Shown piece after piece: positions 12,215 through 24,000 of a DNA stretch of 64,000 nucleotides (position 1 is the stretch's first letter; each line of letters starts with the position of its first letter). Source of the DNA: Vicugna vicugna (taxonomy: Eukaryota); the NCBI GenBank assembly GCA_013265495.1, contig MU058037.1, forward strand, positions 124,001 to 188,000. The letters are read 5' to 3'. The notes under the pieces were generated by a model. The model was not told the origin of the DNA, did no database searches, and saw nothing but the letters and a program-made list of their open reading frames with translations. The position numbers were made by a program, and so were the translations under genes.

Positions 12215-12650
12215 TGTGTTAGATTCCTGGGGCTGCCATAACAAAATAGCTCAAACTGGGTGGCTTACACGACAGAAATGTATTGTCTCACAGTTTTGGA
12301 GGCTGGAAGTCTGAGGTCAAGGTGATGGGGGTGTTGGTTTCTTCTGAGAACTGTGAGGGAGAATCTGTTCCAGGCTCTTTCCCTACCTTCTGGTGGTTTG
12401 CTGGCAACCTTTGGCATTCCTTAGTGTAGTCTTATCACGTTCACATGGTGTTTTCCCTGCGAGTGTGTCTCCAAATTTCTCCCGTTTATAAGGACATCAG
12501 GTATATTGAATTAGTGGCCCATTCTACTGTGTATAAACTTACCTTAACTAATTACATCTGCCATGACCCTAGTTCCCACTAAGATCCTGGGGGTTAGGAC
12601 TTTAATATATGAATTTGTGAGCTTGTTGGGGTGCAATTCAGCCTGTTACA
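12215..12650 (-). mobile_element. MaLR solo LTR (MLT1B/C/D-like)
   Basis: Complete TG...CA LTR (tgtgttagattcctggggctgccataacaaa ... caattcagcctgttaca) flanked by a 5-bp TSD, TCTGA/TCTGG. Confidence 0.9.
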
Positions 12651-14280
12651 TCTGGTATAGATTACTGTTCTGGTATAGAGATTAATACCGTCTAATAGAG
12701 GCCCAGAAGTCTCTGTGAGCTCTGGCAAGAGTCATCTTTGACTGGATGTTGTGGGGTGAAGATAAGGGCAAAGTAGAAATCTACTGTCAACTAGACACTG
12801 GCAACATAAAATACAATTTTTTCACTTAATGCCCTTTTGATGCCTTCTTCCCACATTTGAGAGCACTGGGACTAAAAGTTGCTTTAAGATTTGGAGTCCA
12901 AGAGAAGCTTGAGCTTTGGTGAATCACCCACATTTTTTGAGGATGCTTTAGGTCTCCCCTTGGCTTGAAGATTACAGTGCAAGAAAATTCCTACTTGGGT
13001 ATTTTCCAGTCCAGTTTGAAGTTTGTTGTCAGAAGACTCATGGGTGTTTTCTTTCTTTCTTTTTTTTTTTCACTTTTTATAAAATTACTATCTCCCAAAA
13101 GAGGTATTCTCCCCAAGAATTTTCATATTTTTTATCTAACAGGTGTGCTTTCAGAGTCTTCCCTTCTACTTTATTTGAAAACATATGCCTTAGTTGCCCC
13201 ATTTACCTATCAGCATCCCCTTCCTCAGGCAACATCTTGGCCATCTCTACCCCATCGTCACCCTTGTGTGGCTTTCTAGTTGAATTTGTGAGACTCTCGG
13301 CTATTTACCACCTGGAAGAAAGGGGATTGAGGTCATCCTTTTAAATATCTTAAACCCCTAGGTTTGAACCATCATGTCTCAATGGTCAGCCCTTGGTGTG
13401 AGTGATGGATTGTGCTTGCAATGCTATCTCTTTCCTGAGACTATCACTAGCAGTGCCTTGGTAGACTTTTTCTGAGTCATGTCACAGAATATTTGTATCA
13501 GTGTTAAACTGGCCTTAGAAGGAACCTTGCTCTTGCCTGTGATAAACCCTCATCTTTTGAGAACTTCTTCAGAAGTGGCTCCTTTTAATTGTTGGTGATT
13601 TCTGTTGCAAAGCTTTTAGTAAGATAATAATAGAGGCTACGAATGCATGATAGAGGAGCAGTTGGAGGGCTGAGTCAAACCACCATGCAATTTGATGGGG
13701 AAAAAAGTTGTCAGGCGAAGTTTTCATTCGGCACCTCTTGACTAAATGTTGTTTATACTTGTATATACATATTTCATGATTACGTGTTTATATATGTGCA
13801 TACGCAAACAAAATCATGTTCCTTAGTTGTCAAGTAGAAGTTATTGAAGTAAAACATGATTGTCTCTCTATACAAATCAATGACTAATTATCTATTATAA
13901 GCCCACTATGTGTATCACTGGGGGGATGAAAGGAGGTAAAAATCCAGATTCCTGTTCTCAAAGAGCTTTATATCTTGGTGGGGAGATGAGATTCTTCATT
14001 CATTCAACATAAATTTAATAAGCACCTAATATATACTCTGTCCAATTCGAGAACAGATATCTGTTGTAAGATATCATCTCTATCTAAAGAAGGTCATACT
14101 TTACTGGAAGATGTAGGCGAAGTGACAGAAGGTGACAAAGGAGGAACACATAGGGCATTGCAGGAGTTTGTATGAGAGGGTTGGGGAGGCTTCCTGAATG
14201 TGGAAGATAACTAAGACTAATACATAACAGCATCATAAGTGTTCGGCCCTAAATGAGTGGTCCAAGTGTATGTGATGTGG

Positions 14281-14610
14281 ATGGACTTGGAGGCCATTAT
14301 GCTTAGTGAGAGGAGTCAGACAGAGAAAGACAAATATTGTATGATATCAGTTATATGTGGAATCTGAAAAACATATAACAGCTAGTAAATAGAACAAAAA
14401 AGAGGCAGATTCACAGATACTGAGAACAAACTAGTGGTTACCAGTGGGGAGGGAGGCAGGGGGAGCAAAATATGGGTGGGGAATGGGGAGCTACCAACTA
14501 TTGGGTGTAAGATAAGGATGTATTGTACAACACAAGAAATATAGCCAATATTTAGTAACAGCTATAAATGGAAGGTAACCTTTAAACATTGTATAAAGAT
14601 TTTAAAAATT
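14281..14610 (+). mobile_element. Cetartiodactyl-type L1 3' end
   Basis: atggacttggaggccattatgcttagtga...cacagatactgagaacaaactagtggttaccagtgggg...tattgggtgtaagata. Confidence 0.85.
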
Positions 14611-14619
14611 GGACAAATG

Positions 14620-14990
14620 AGCAAGGTCGTATGCATAAGAAGTTCATTGTAGTATAATTTATATTAATAAAAATGTCTATTAATCTAAGTAAGTTAAAGC
14701 ACATTTATATGTTGGAGTACTATGCACCTCTTAAAAACAGTGACTTTCATCTATTTTATTCCCATGGAACAATATCCAAAATATATGTAGAAAAAACTCA
14801 GATTGCTAAATAATTTGTAAGACTTTTGTAAAAAAAAAAAAAGAAAAAGGACTGAAGTCATAAATATTACAAGATAACTGGTGGTTAGTTTTTTCCAGTG
14901 GTGAGTTTTGCAATGATTTTTTACTTTTTTCTTATTCACTTTCTGCATTGTCTAGTTTTTCTACACTGATAGTTTGTTACTTTGAAAATA
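14620..14990 (+). mobile_element. Old L1 (L1ME-like) 3' fragment
   Basis: Degenerate match: gagtactatgcacctcttaaaaac, gtggttagttttttccagtggtgag, tactttttt. Confidence 0.55.
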
Positions 14991-15419
14991 AAAATGTCTA
15001 TTGCCATTTTGAAACATAAAAAAATTAAGATGGGAGGTCACTTCATGCTGGGTTGATGAGAGAGGACTTCATGAAGGAGTGTGATTTGTGTGAAAGTTAA
15101 TGTCAAAAAGTACACGTGCCTGGCCCCTCTGCTACTGTGCATCGTGGAAACTCTTAGTAGAGAGTTGAGTGAGGAGACAAGCCCAGGATCTGGTATAGGT
15201 TGGAGCTGGATGTAATTAACCAAGAGAGAAGGATTTGACATTGAATCTGAACCCAGCTAGTAGTGTATTCAAGGGTAGTCACCTGTGGCATCAGCATTTG
15301 GATAGGCTAAGTGGTTGCTAGTGGGGAGTGGGCCTCATAGCAGATGGATTTGGGAATGGAATAGGGTGATTATTTTGAGTTGGTGGATAGATATTGGAAG
15401 GAGGAGGCTATTCTGGTGT

Positions 15420-15810
15420 ATGAGTTAGGAATGATTTTGTCTACAAGTTACAAAACCCAGCTAAGAGTGGCTTTAACCAAAAAAGGACTGATTTTTCCTG
15501 CATAATTCAAAATCTGGAGGTATCCATTGGGCATTGGTTCAGTGGCTCAAGAACATCAGAGATGGCGTCTCTGCCCTTCTGGTCTTCCCTTCATGTTTGT
15601 TGCCTTATGGTTGAAATATGACTATTACAATTCTATATATCAGATATGCATTTCAGGCAGGAAAAAGGGGCAAAGTTATGTCTGTTCCTTTAATAAGGAA
15701 AGTAGTATTTTCTCAGAAGCACCGCAGCAGATTTCCTGTTGTGTCTGAATGGCCAGACCTGTAGCACATGGTCACTCCTACAAGCAAGAGAGAAAGAGAT
15801 TAGGGTTTTC
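15420..15810 (-). mobile_element. Old MaLR LTR (MLT1J/K-like)
   Basis: ttaggaatgattttgtctacaagttacaaaacccagctaagagtggctttaac...tggccagacctgtagcacatggtcactcct. Confidence 0.7.
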
Positions 15811-15872
15811 AGTCTGTCAGAAAAAGGGAGAGGGGATTGGAAATGAGCGTTGGGAGGACCAAGCAAGAACTC

Positions 15873-15874
<2 letters not shown>

Positions 15875-15911
<37 letters not shown>

Positions 15912-15914
15912 CGC
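15875..15914. repeat. Compound (GT)14(GC)6 microsatellite
   Basis: Direct count: 14 GT units followed by 6 GC units. Confidence 0.97.
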
Positions 15915-17049
15915 ACAGGCTTAGGCACGGCTATCTGTTCCCTTGGCTGGGGTACAGGACTACATGCAGTACCAGTAGTGGCCTCAAGGGGGAACCAAAG
16001 AGAAGGACACGCCACTGGGCCCCACGCAGAGCTCATTTCAGGACTCTTGTGGTCACTCCTCCCCACCATTGTGGCTTCTATACTGCTCCTCTGAATCCAG
16101 ATCCTCACCCTGCCCCTCAGATGTTGGCTTTCTCTTCGATTCTGTCATTGGCCCCCTTCTTTTCTCACTCTGCCCACACCTGGAGAGAAGTCAGAAAACT
16201 GACATTGGCAGGGCCTGACTCCTGCCAGGCCTAGAAACTGTGCCAACCATGAGCTCCCTCTGGGTAGAGTTCAGAGTTGCCAAGTCTCACATCCCAGCCA
16301 GCCAGAGAGGAGGAAAATAACAGGGACTTGAGTGCCCCATGTTCGATGCCAGCCCAGTCAGCATGAAGCCAGATTGCAGTCACCCTGGAATAAAATATCT
16401 GTTCTCTGAAGACAAGTTTGATTCTGTACTTCTGCAGTTTCTACCTTTCCCTTTAGTGTCTTGGTGAACTTTTCCAGAAACCCCACGCTTGTCATCTCAG
16501 AACAAAAAGAAAAGGGGAATTGCCCATTGAGACCCTCTCCCTTACATCTTGGGCCAGGAATGGGAGAAGCCAAACTGTCCTAGCCTGTGAGTCTAGTAAG
16601 GGTAGAGTGGTTAGTGAGGTAAATACCTTGGAGAGGGTAGCCAAGGACAAGGGTGATTTCAACTGTCCTCTCACAAGGGCATTTGTTTAGAAGTGATTCT
16701 CAAGCAAGGTTGCTGGTGAGATTGGGAATTGAGAATTTCTGGTGAAGCTGAAATGTGATGGTTTAAAACAAAGCAGCACTTTGCCCTATTGAGTGGTTTT
16801 TAATCACAGTGTTTAATTTGTTTTGCATTGCAGAGAGCATTAAAGGTGGTCATGAATGTTTATTAAAAGGTAGCATGGCCCACAAAAGCTGAGAAACCCT
16901 GCTGGGGACAATGACACAGGACAGAGTGGGGCGTGATGTGGAGACAAGTAAGACATACTTATCTATGTTGCAAAGTTATCTAAGACAAAAACTTCTCTGC
17001 AGTATCAGTGAGAGGATTTGGCCACTTTAATGCACAATGTGTGGTGGGA

Positions 17050-17590
17050 GCTAAGCTTTGGAAGTCTGGCTAAGCCTGTGAACTCCCTCTCAGAAAATAT
17101 TTTTAAATGCATAAAATAAAACACATAGGGTAACAAAGGAAATCAATTATATTGAAGTACAGCTGTTAAAATACTAAATACTAAAACAAAATACTAAACA
17201 CTAATACAAAATACTAAATTCTAATACAAAACACTAAGAAAACACAGATTTGTGCTAGAGTAATCTGTGTGCTGCATTATTAACGTGTCAAATAACAAGA
17301 TCTAGCAACAGGTCTAATAATTACTGTGATGTTGAAGCAGTGATGAGTGTTCCCAGTATTTTGAGCTCCGCAACAACTGAAATGTAATAAAACAACAACC
17401 TTGAGTTTTATTGGTGATAAAGCCACAGGCACTGGTAGTGCTGCTGAGGCTTCTTGCCCATGCTGAGTTGAAGGAAATGCCAAATTTCAGTTAAAGATTG
17501 AAAACCAAAAGGTAAAAAATTTCCCATTCAAGTCATGGACCCCCTGAAATCTACCCAGAGATCTTCTGGAGGTCCACAGGTTTAGAAATG
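17050..17590. mobile_element. hAT-Charlie non-autonomous DNA transposon remnant
   Basis: aaatgcataaaataaaacacatagg...caaaggaaatcaattatattgaa, aataacaagatctagc, ttgaaggaaatgccaaatttcagttaaag and catggacccctgaaatcta match a Charlie-family consensus. Confidence 0.7.
17168..17240. repeat. 20-bp AT-rich minisatellite (~3.6 copies)
   Basis: ctaaaacaaaatactaaaca / ctaatacaaaatactaaatt / ctaatacaaaacactaagaa plus a partial leading copy. Confidence 0.85.
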
Positions 17591-18299
17591 TGGAGCACAA
17601 AGATGAGAAAGAGAGGACTACACAGCAGCAGGTTAATGTTGCTATCAAGGCGGGCAGGAAGAAGCCCAGACACTAACCATGGGGGCAGCTCCGTCATTTG
17701 TCCCAGGTAGTATCTATCCTTTCGTGAACGGCCTGGAGCAGAAGCTGCATTCCATGTTCTGGGTCTGTTTGACCCTTAGATAACGCCAAGTCCAGGAAAT
17801 GGTGCTGTTAATTTTTTATTGACAGTGGACTTGGTTATCTTGCTGGAGATGAATGGATTTGGAATCCGGTCCAAGCCTGGGAGGGTTTCTGGTGACAGTT
17901 TGCTACCAGCCTTCCTGCCCTGACTGAATCTGATGAGTGTTCATGCAGTGTCAGCCAGTGTAATGTTTATTTGCCTCCTCGCCGAATGTGCTAAATGCAA
18001 ATGAAAAGCCAACATCAGACCAAAGAGAAAGGTGCAAGAAAAAAATTTGGCTTGAGGTCGTCCCTCTTTCTGAACATGGCACTGGGAGTCTAATTGCTAA
18101 CACACATTGAGTCCTCTGTCAGAGGTCACCTCAAGACTCTTGTTAATCATTCTTCTCATTTTGCAAATGGAGCACTAGGACTGGCAAGGAGTTCAAGGCT
18201 GACGAGCATGTCAGAGTGTGATGAACAGAAATTTCCAACCAAAGAATCACAATCCTCTGGCCAGGGACACAGTTAGCTACACTTCTAATGGCCTGGCCA

Positions 18300-18920
18300 C
18301 CAGTAAGCAAGTCGTTATTGAATGCCTGGCACATGGCCAGCAAGGTGGGGATGGGGGCCTCTTGAGCTCCGATGGCTGGACGAGGCTTCTCTGAAGAGGT
18401 GACAGTGGAGTTAAGAGCTTAATGAGGAGAAGCAGGCAGTTGTGCAACGGTCTGGGTAAAAGCTCTCCAGAGGGAAGAAATGGTATGTGGCACACCCCAA
18501 GAGGGCAGCAGGTGTTGAGGGAGAGGTGGAAGGCCAGTGTGAGTGAGAGAGAGCATCGCAGTGGGTGGAGCCAGAGACATAGGCGGGTCCAGAGCTGGGA
18601 GGGCCCTTAGGTCATGGCGAGGAGTCAGGATTGTGGTCTGATTGAGGTGGGCAGCCCCTGGAGGGATCTAAGTGGAGCAGCCTGCTTGGCCAGCGCCACA
18701 GGTCTCTGGCTACCAAGTGAGGACAGCAGATGCAGACTCCTGGTGCAGAGTTGTGATGACTTGGACTAGGGTCGTAGCTATGCAGATGGTGACAAGTGGC
18801 CAGATCCTGGAGATATTTCAAAAGCATGGATAATAGGACTTAAGTGATGAATTCCATAAGAGGTATGGGAGGAAGAGCGGTGTTGGGGATGACTCCTCAG
18901 TGACCTGGGGAGAAGTTTCT
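18300..18920 (-). mobile_element. L2 LINE fragment
   Basis: ttattgaatgcctggcacatggcc, gaggcttctctgaagaggtgacagtggag and gagtcaggattgtggtctgatt are typical of antisense L2. Confidence 0.7.
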
Positions 18921-19139
18921 GAGTGAGGGAAGGCTACCTCAAGGTCGGCCATACTGGCAGCACTGTCTGTGGGGAAAATGGTAAATTATGTAGTTTGTCT
19001 TGTGCCCTCTCATACTTTCCCCCACCCCGTGATCCTTCTCAATGCCCCAATCTTCTCAGACTCTTAATTTCCTTCTTGGCTTCTCAAGACTTGCAACCGC
19101 ACACCTCTTTCTTAGAAAGCATTGTGTGGAGTAGATAGA

Positions 19140-19340
19140 GGGGAGGGTTTGGAACACAAGGGGACTAGAGCTTGAATCCTGCCCCTCCCCCACCCCCATT
19201 TACTTATTGTGTGACCTGGGCAACTTGCTTCTGTTGTGTGATCTCGGTTGTTTGTCATCTGTGAAGTGGGATGTAATAAGTTGTGTCATCAGAAGTTTTT
19301 TTGGTACTGAATAACACAAGGGATGAAAAATGCCCAGCTG
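19140..19340 (+). mobile_element. MIR SINE
   Basis: ttacttattgtgtgacctgggcaacttgctt...catctgtgaagtgggatgtaataa. Confidence 0.7.
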
Positions 19341-19369
19341 AAGGCAGGCTCTCAGCAAACTCATCCTAA

Positions 19370-19532
19370 CTTCAAGTTCCCAGTTTTAAAGCTGGGGAGC
19401 TTTAAAAAGTACTCAGGCTCATGCTCCACCTCTTAGGGGTTTTGATTTGATTGATTGAAAGATGTTGAAGAATCATTATTTTTAAGAGCTCCCCCAGGTA
19501 TTTATAATGAGCAGCTAGGTTCGAGATCCCCT
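19370..19532. mobile_element. MER5A-like hAT MITE
   Basis: ctggggagctttaaaaagtactcaggctc...tttttaagagctcccccaggt...gcagctaggttcgagatcccctg. Confidence 0.75.
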
Positions 19533-19869
19533 GTTAAATTAATGGATAGTCTTAATTTAATTAATGACCATCAAGTAGGTACTAGCATTTCTAGAAATAT
19601 GTTGAGAGCTGTAAAGATTTACCCCAAGCTGGAGTTTTCACTTGAGGAACTGAGGGCTTTTCTATTAAAAGAAAAGAGTCCTTCAATAGCTAATATTTAT
19701 TGCATACTTACTATGTGTCAGTGTTCTGAATTCCCTTTCTCTCTCTCTCCCCCCATCTCTGTCTGTCTGTCTGTCTTTCCCACTTTCTTTCTCTCTCATC
19801 TACCTGCTTCAGTACTGGGACAGACATTGGCGAGGACCCCTTCCTAGGCCCTGAATTCCTCTATGTGGA

Positions 19870-20300
19870 ACTCCCATTTAAGACCTTTTCAGTGGCTTCT
19901 TACAGTGCTTAGGTTGAGGAGAAAAACTTGAACAAGGTCGCTGTCTCTCTGTCTCTTTCTCTCTCCCCTCACACCCTCTCTCTTTCTCTCCCTCACGTTA
20001 GCTAAGGGCCTTCTTTCTGTTCCTTGAAGATGCCACCTTCCCTGCCCCCTGAGGGCCTTCACACATGCTGCTTCCTCCAGCTTGCTCCCTTTACGTTCCC
20101 TCTGCTCTGAAATTCTGGCTCCTGATGTTTAGATGCACGTTTTGTAGGTATCTACCTGTCTGCCTGCTTGTGGAGTGTCTGTCTTACATGTTCTGCTGTA
20201 AGCCCCACAAAGGTGGGGGCATGACTCTTTTGCTCACCGTTGACTCCTCAGTGCCTAGCCCAGCACGGTCACATGTGCTGAGTAAGTGCAACAGTGAATA
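19870..20300 (+). mobile_element. L2 3' fragment
   Basis: ttctttctgttccttgaagatgccacc...gggccttcacacatgctgcttcctc...tcagtgcctagcccagcacggtcacatgtgctgagtaa. Confidence 0.75.
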
Positions 20301-20919
20301 CACCGTCCCTCAGTGTTAGACTCAATCAGGAGTGGACTGTGGGTGGAGACAGATTCCAGCGCCAGCCTCCCAGAGGACTCCAAGGGACCATGCTCTCCCA
20401 ACGTGAGTCCTTGGTGCTAAATCCAGTCAAGTGGTCACTCTTGGCCACCCTCATGGCCTCAGTGCACTTTTCTGTTATCTGGTCTTGGTCGAGGCCATGA
20501 AGTGGTTTTAATAATGTTGAGCCCCATGCAAAAAGATTTGGAATCTTAAACTGTTCTTTCCAGTAGACTCCTCTGCTTCTCTGTTAATTCCTGGCTGTGA
20601 ATTGATCCATGTGCTGACTATTTATCCGGCAGTATTACCAATGTCTGTGCTAGGGGGCTTGATTCCATTCCACTGGCCCAAGGTGTTTCCTTATCAAAAT
20701 GCTTCACTGGCCTAAGGGTCAAAAGCGAGATTATACTACTAGTAATATAGAGTATGATTTTGATGCCTGTCTACACCTCCTATGGGGGAATGTGTGGTGT
20801 ATTTAGAAAACAAAGCTCCAAAGTCATTTTTATTCCCCCATCCCCAAATATGAGACCTTTCATTTTTCAAATTTGTGGTGCTGAAAACCCCATGCATATC
20901 ACTGACAACATCTGCTGAG

Positions 20920-21440
20920 TGCTTTTAGCCTGGGGTCCCTCATAAGCAAACTTCCAGATAAGATATGGATGCAAATGGTTTATTTGGGAGCGATCCCAGA
21001 AAGCGCTGGTAGGAAAGGGGTGAAGTGAGACAGGGAAGGGAAGGAAGCCAATACAGACACATGTTAGTGACAGCCTTACTGTTGGGAGTGACTGACCGTC
21101 GGTTCTGCTGCGGGCCTCAGGAGGACCGTGTACAGTGTGCCTCAGAGTTGTCCCATCTAAGGGATGAGGAAGCGGGGCTGTGTATCCACCCACTCTCACC
21201 CTTCACTGGTTGACAGCCCCTGGGGGTGGTGTTAGCCTCTGGCCCTTCTGGCCTTCCCAGTGTCTGGACAGAGCATGCTCCTGTGGCTCGAGAGGCCTTT
21301 CAGGCAGGGAGTCCACAGGGGGGCCCTGAAAGCCACAGGCATGTAAGAGAATGGTGGGTGGCCAGAGGACTTGGGCACGGTGCCAAGAGCTTCTGCCGTA
21401 GCTGCTCTACCAAGGAGCTGTGTGTGTGCCATGTTGCTTG
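20920..21440. mobile_element. Old ERVL LTR (LTR33/LTR41-like)
   Basis: ggatgcaaatggtttatttgggagcgatcccagaaagcgctggtaggaaaggggtgaagtgagacagggaagggaaggaagccaata. Confidence 0.7.
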
Positions 21441-23359
21441 GAGTGGCAAAAATAAAAGTTAAAACATTTTGCTGGAGGCTTATAAGGTTCAAACTGATGA
21501 TAATTAAGGCAGATATACAGGACATAGAGAGTAGATGTTCAGGAGGTACCCGTATCTTCAGCAAATACAAACAAGTAAACAAATCAAGAAAACTTTCTCC
21601 CGAATGCAAAATGGTACGTTTTACCCATCAGCACCAGCCCCCTTCCCATTCTATAGATGAACTTGATTTTTTGCGGGAGTTGGGGCCAGATTGAAGAAAT
21701 ATCAAAGAGATCACAAAACAATTGTCAGAAAAATGTTCATCCTTACCTTGATATGCTTTCCATACAACTTTCCAGCAATTAACAGGGAAACTGTGGATGG
21801 ATTTAAACTGACATATTTATCAAAAAAATTTTTCTGCTTGTTTGATACAAGTTTAAGAGCTGTTACACTGAATGTAAGTTGTCCTATAAGTTAGTGTTTA
21901 TGATACTAGCCTGAGTCAAAAGGCATATAATGATGAAGAATTGAGAAGAACTGTGATAAATAATGGGCAAAAATATTGATATGCAGAGCTGTCACTGTGC
22001 GAAGGTGTCCTGTGTAGAGGAGGCTAGGTGGGGGTAAAGACTAGAGTTTAAGGTGAGCCAGCAGCTGGCCTACGAGATTGGCAGAAACAGTAGAACTATT
22101 GTGAAACATTTGTCTTATATTCTTCGTTTCCTTTATAGAATTTCGTGTGTTTTTCCCCCACTGAAAGGTAAAGTAAAACAGCGGCTATTAACTCAAAACA
22201 TTGTTCATCAGGGGAAGGCCTTATTCTGCCACAAAAACGTCAACTGGAAGTGTAAGAAAAAAAAAACATTTATTTTGGCTGGCTTGTATTTTGCTTTGGG
22301 TTTGACTGAAAACCATTAGCATTTATTCCCAGCTCCCCCCACTACCTCTAAATCACTGAGCCAAAGGCTGGTTTCATTTTCTTCAGGTCATATTAGCTCT
22401 GGGCATGAGGGGCTCCGTGATGCTCAAAAAGGGAAGCTAAAAGCTTGCAGTCAACATCTGCCTGAGCTCCGTTTTAAAGTGTTCAGCTCGATTCATTGCA
22501 TTAATAATTTGTCGAAGTGGTCTTTTGAAAACCAAAGTTATTTATTTAGGGAATCATCTTCTTACATTTCTTGAAATATTTGTTGCTTAATATTTAATCA
22601 AAATATAACATAACCCAAACACTAGAGAAATAAAGATACCCTACAGATATGACAACATAATTATGGCATTCATGTGTAAAAACCAATATTAAAGAGTTTC
22701 CAGTTTTCTAAATGATTTTTTAAGCTTGAATTCATTTCTGGGCTATGATTCCTCTGGAATGAAAGATGTTCAGTCCAGTTTGAAAGTACAGTTACTGATG
22801 AGGTTGTTAAATATCAAGGGTTGGGAACCTTTTTCTAAGCCTTAGTATAAGGTTCTGTTTACCTTTTTCCTTTGTGGGGTTAACTGTGTCCTCATGCCAG
22901 AGTATAGGCACAATTACATGTGTGGTCTAATTCTTGTGAGGGTTGGTATCTTGTAGGCCCCTCCCATGACGGGCTGGTGAGGGCAGGCTTTGAAAGGAGT
23001 AATGACAGAGGTGTAGTCCTACCTGGTCTAGCATCGTCCAACTCCCCACTATTGACTCCTGTGCAATAGGTGGATTTCCCTATGGGGTTAATGGATAAAA
23101 GGGCTCCTTGAAGACTCCCATAGATCTCTTCCATCGGAGCTACCTTTAGATGTACACAGTATGCCCTTGTAAAATGGCCCAGAAGCCCACATGACAGTTG
23201 AAGGAGGAAGAAAAGCAGAAAGAATAATGGTGGGGAATGGTGATATTATCAGAATCACCTCTACAGCTTCTAAAAATAACATATTGATCCTTTCCCCAAT
23301 CCCTCACTAGCGCTGGAAAAATCCACTTTCTTCCTTCATTGACAGGCCCTGCTTGGTGA

Positions 23360-24000
23360 GAATATCAATTAGGATCTAGTTGAGAAAAGAGAAACTACAC
23401 TAGGAATTTAAATGGAAGGGATTTAATACAGGAATTGGTTCCGCGGGTGTTGGAAGGCTCCCAAGCAAAAGGAGAAGCCTAGCAAGGCCCTAGATGAACA
23501 GCTGCAGGAAGCAGTCACCACCCTGGGCTGGGAGGATGAGAGGGAAACGGGGTGTTTCAGAACCCAGGAGCTTGGAAAAGGAGCATGTTGGGATTGGTAC
23601 CTGGACCTCTGTGGGGCAGGTGCCCTGCCGCTGGTGCTGGAGCCAACGATGGGGTGATCCAGTGCGTGCTCTGATGGCCTAGTAGCATTGCCCAGTGAGT
23701 GAGGGAACACAGGTGACTGATCCTCCAGCCACTGCTGGCAGCTCTGAGGGTGCTAGGTGAGGCTGCTGTTGGAATGATGCTGACAGAGACCTGGAAAGAA
23801 CTAGGAAGTCCCTCTTCCCCTCCTCCCACATTTCAGTTTTCTCTCGGAGATCCTCCGTGTTCAGTCTCCCACTGGTAGAACTGGACAGGAAGGCAGCTAG
23901 TAAGGGAGCTGGGAGAATGTGGTTTGCAGAGTTCTAGCTCAAGGTTCATAGAAAGATGAGCTTAGATCTGAGGGACAATCACAGTAGCCCTCTGTCACCA
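23360..24000. mobile_element. Ancient LTR (LTR78/LTR79-like)
   Basis: gaaaagagaaactacactaggaatttaaatggaagggatttaatacaggaattggtt...gcaggaagcagtcaccaccctgggctgg; family assignment uncertain. Confidence 0.55.

Noticed and set aside
15749-16234. 161-aa ORF containing VCVCVCVC
   Set aside because: The dipeptide repeat comes from the (GT)n microsatellite and the 5' part is MaLR LTR; no protein-like features.
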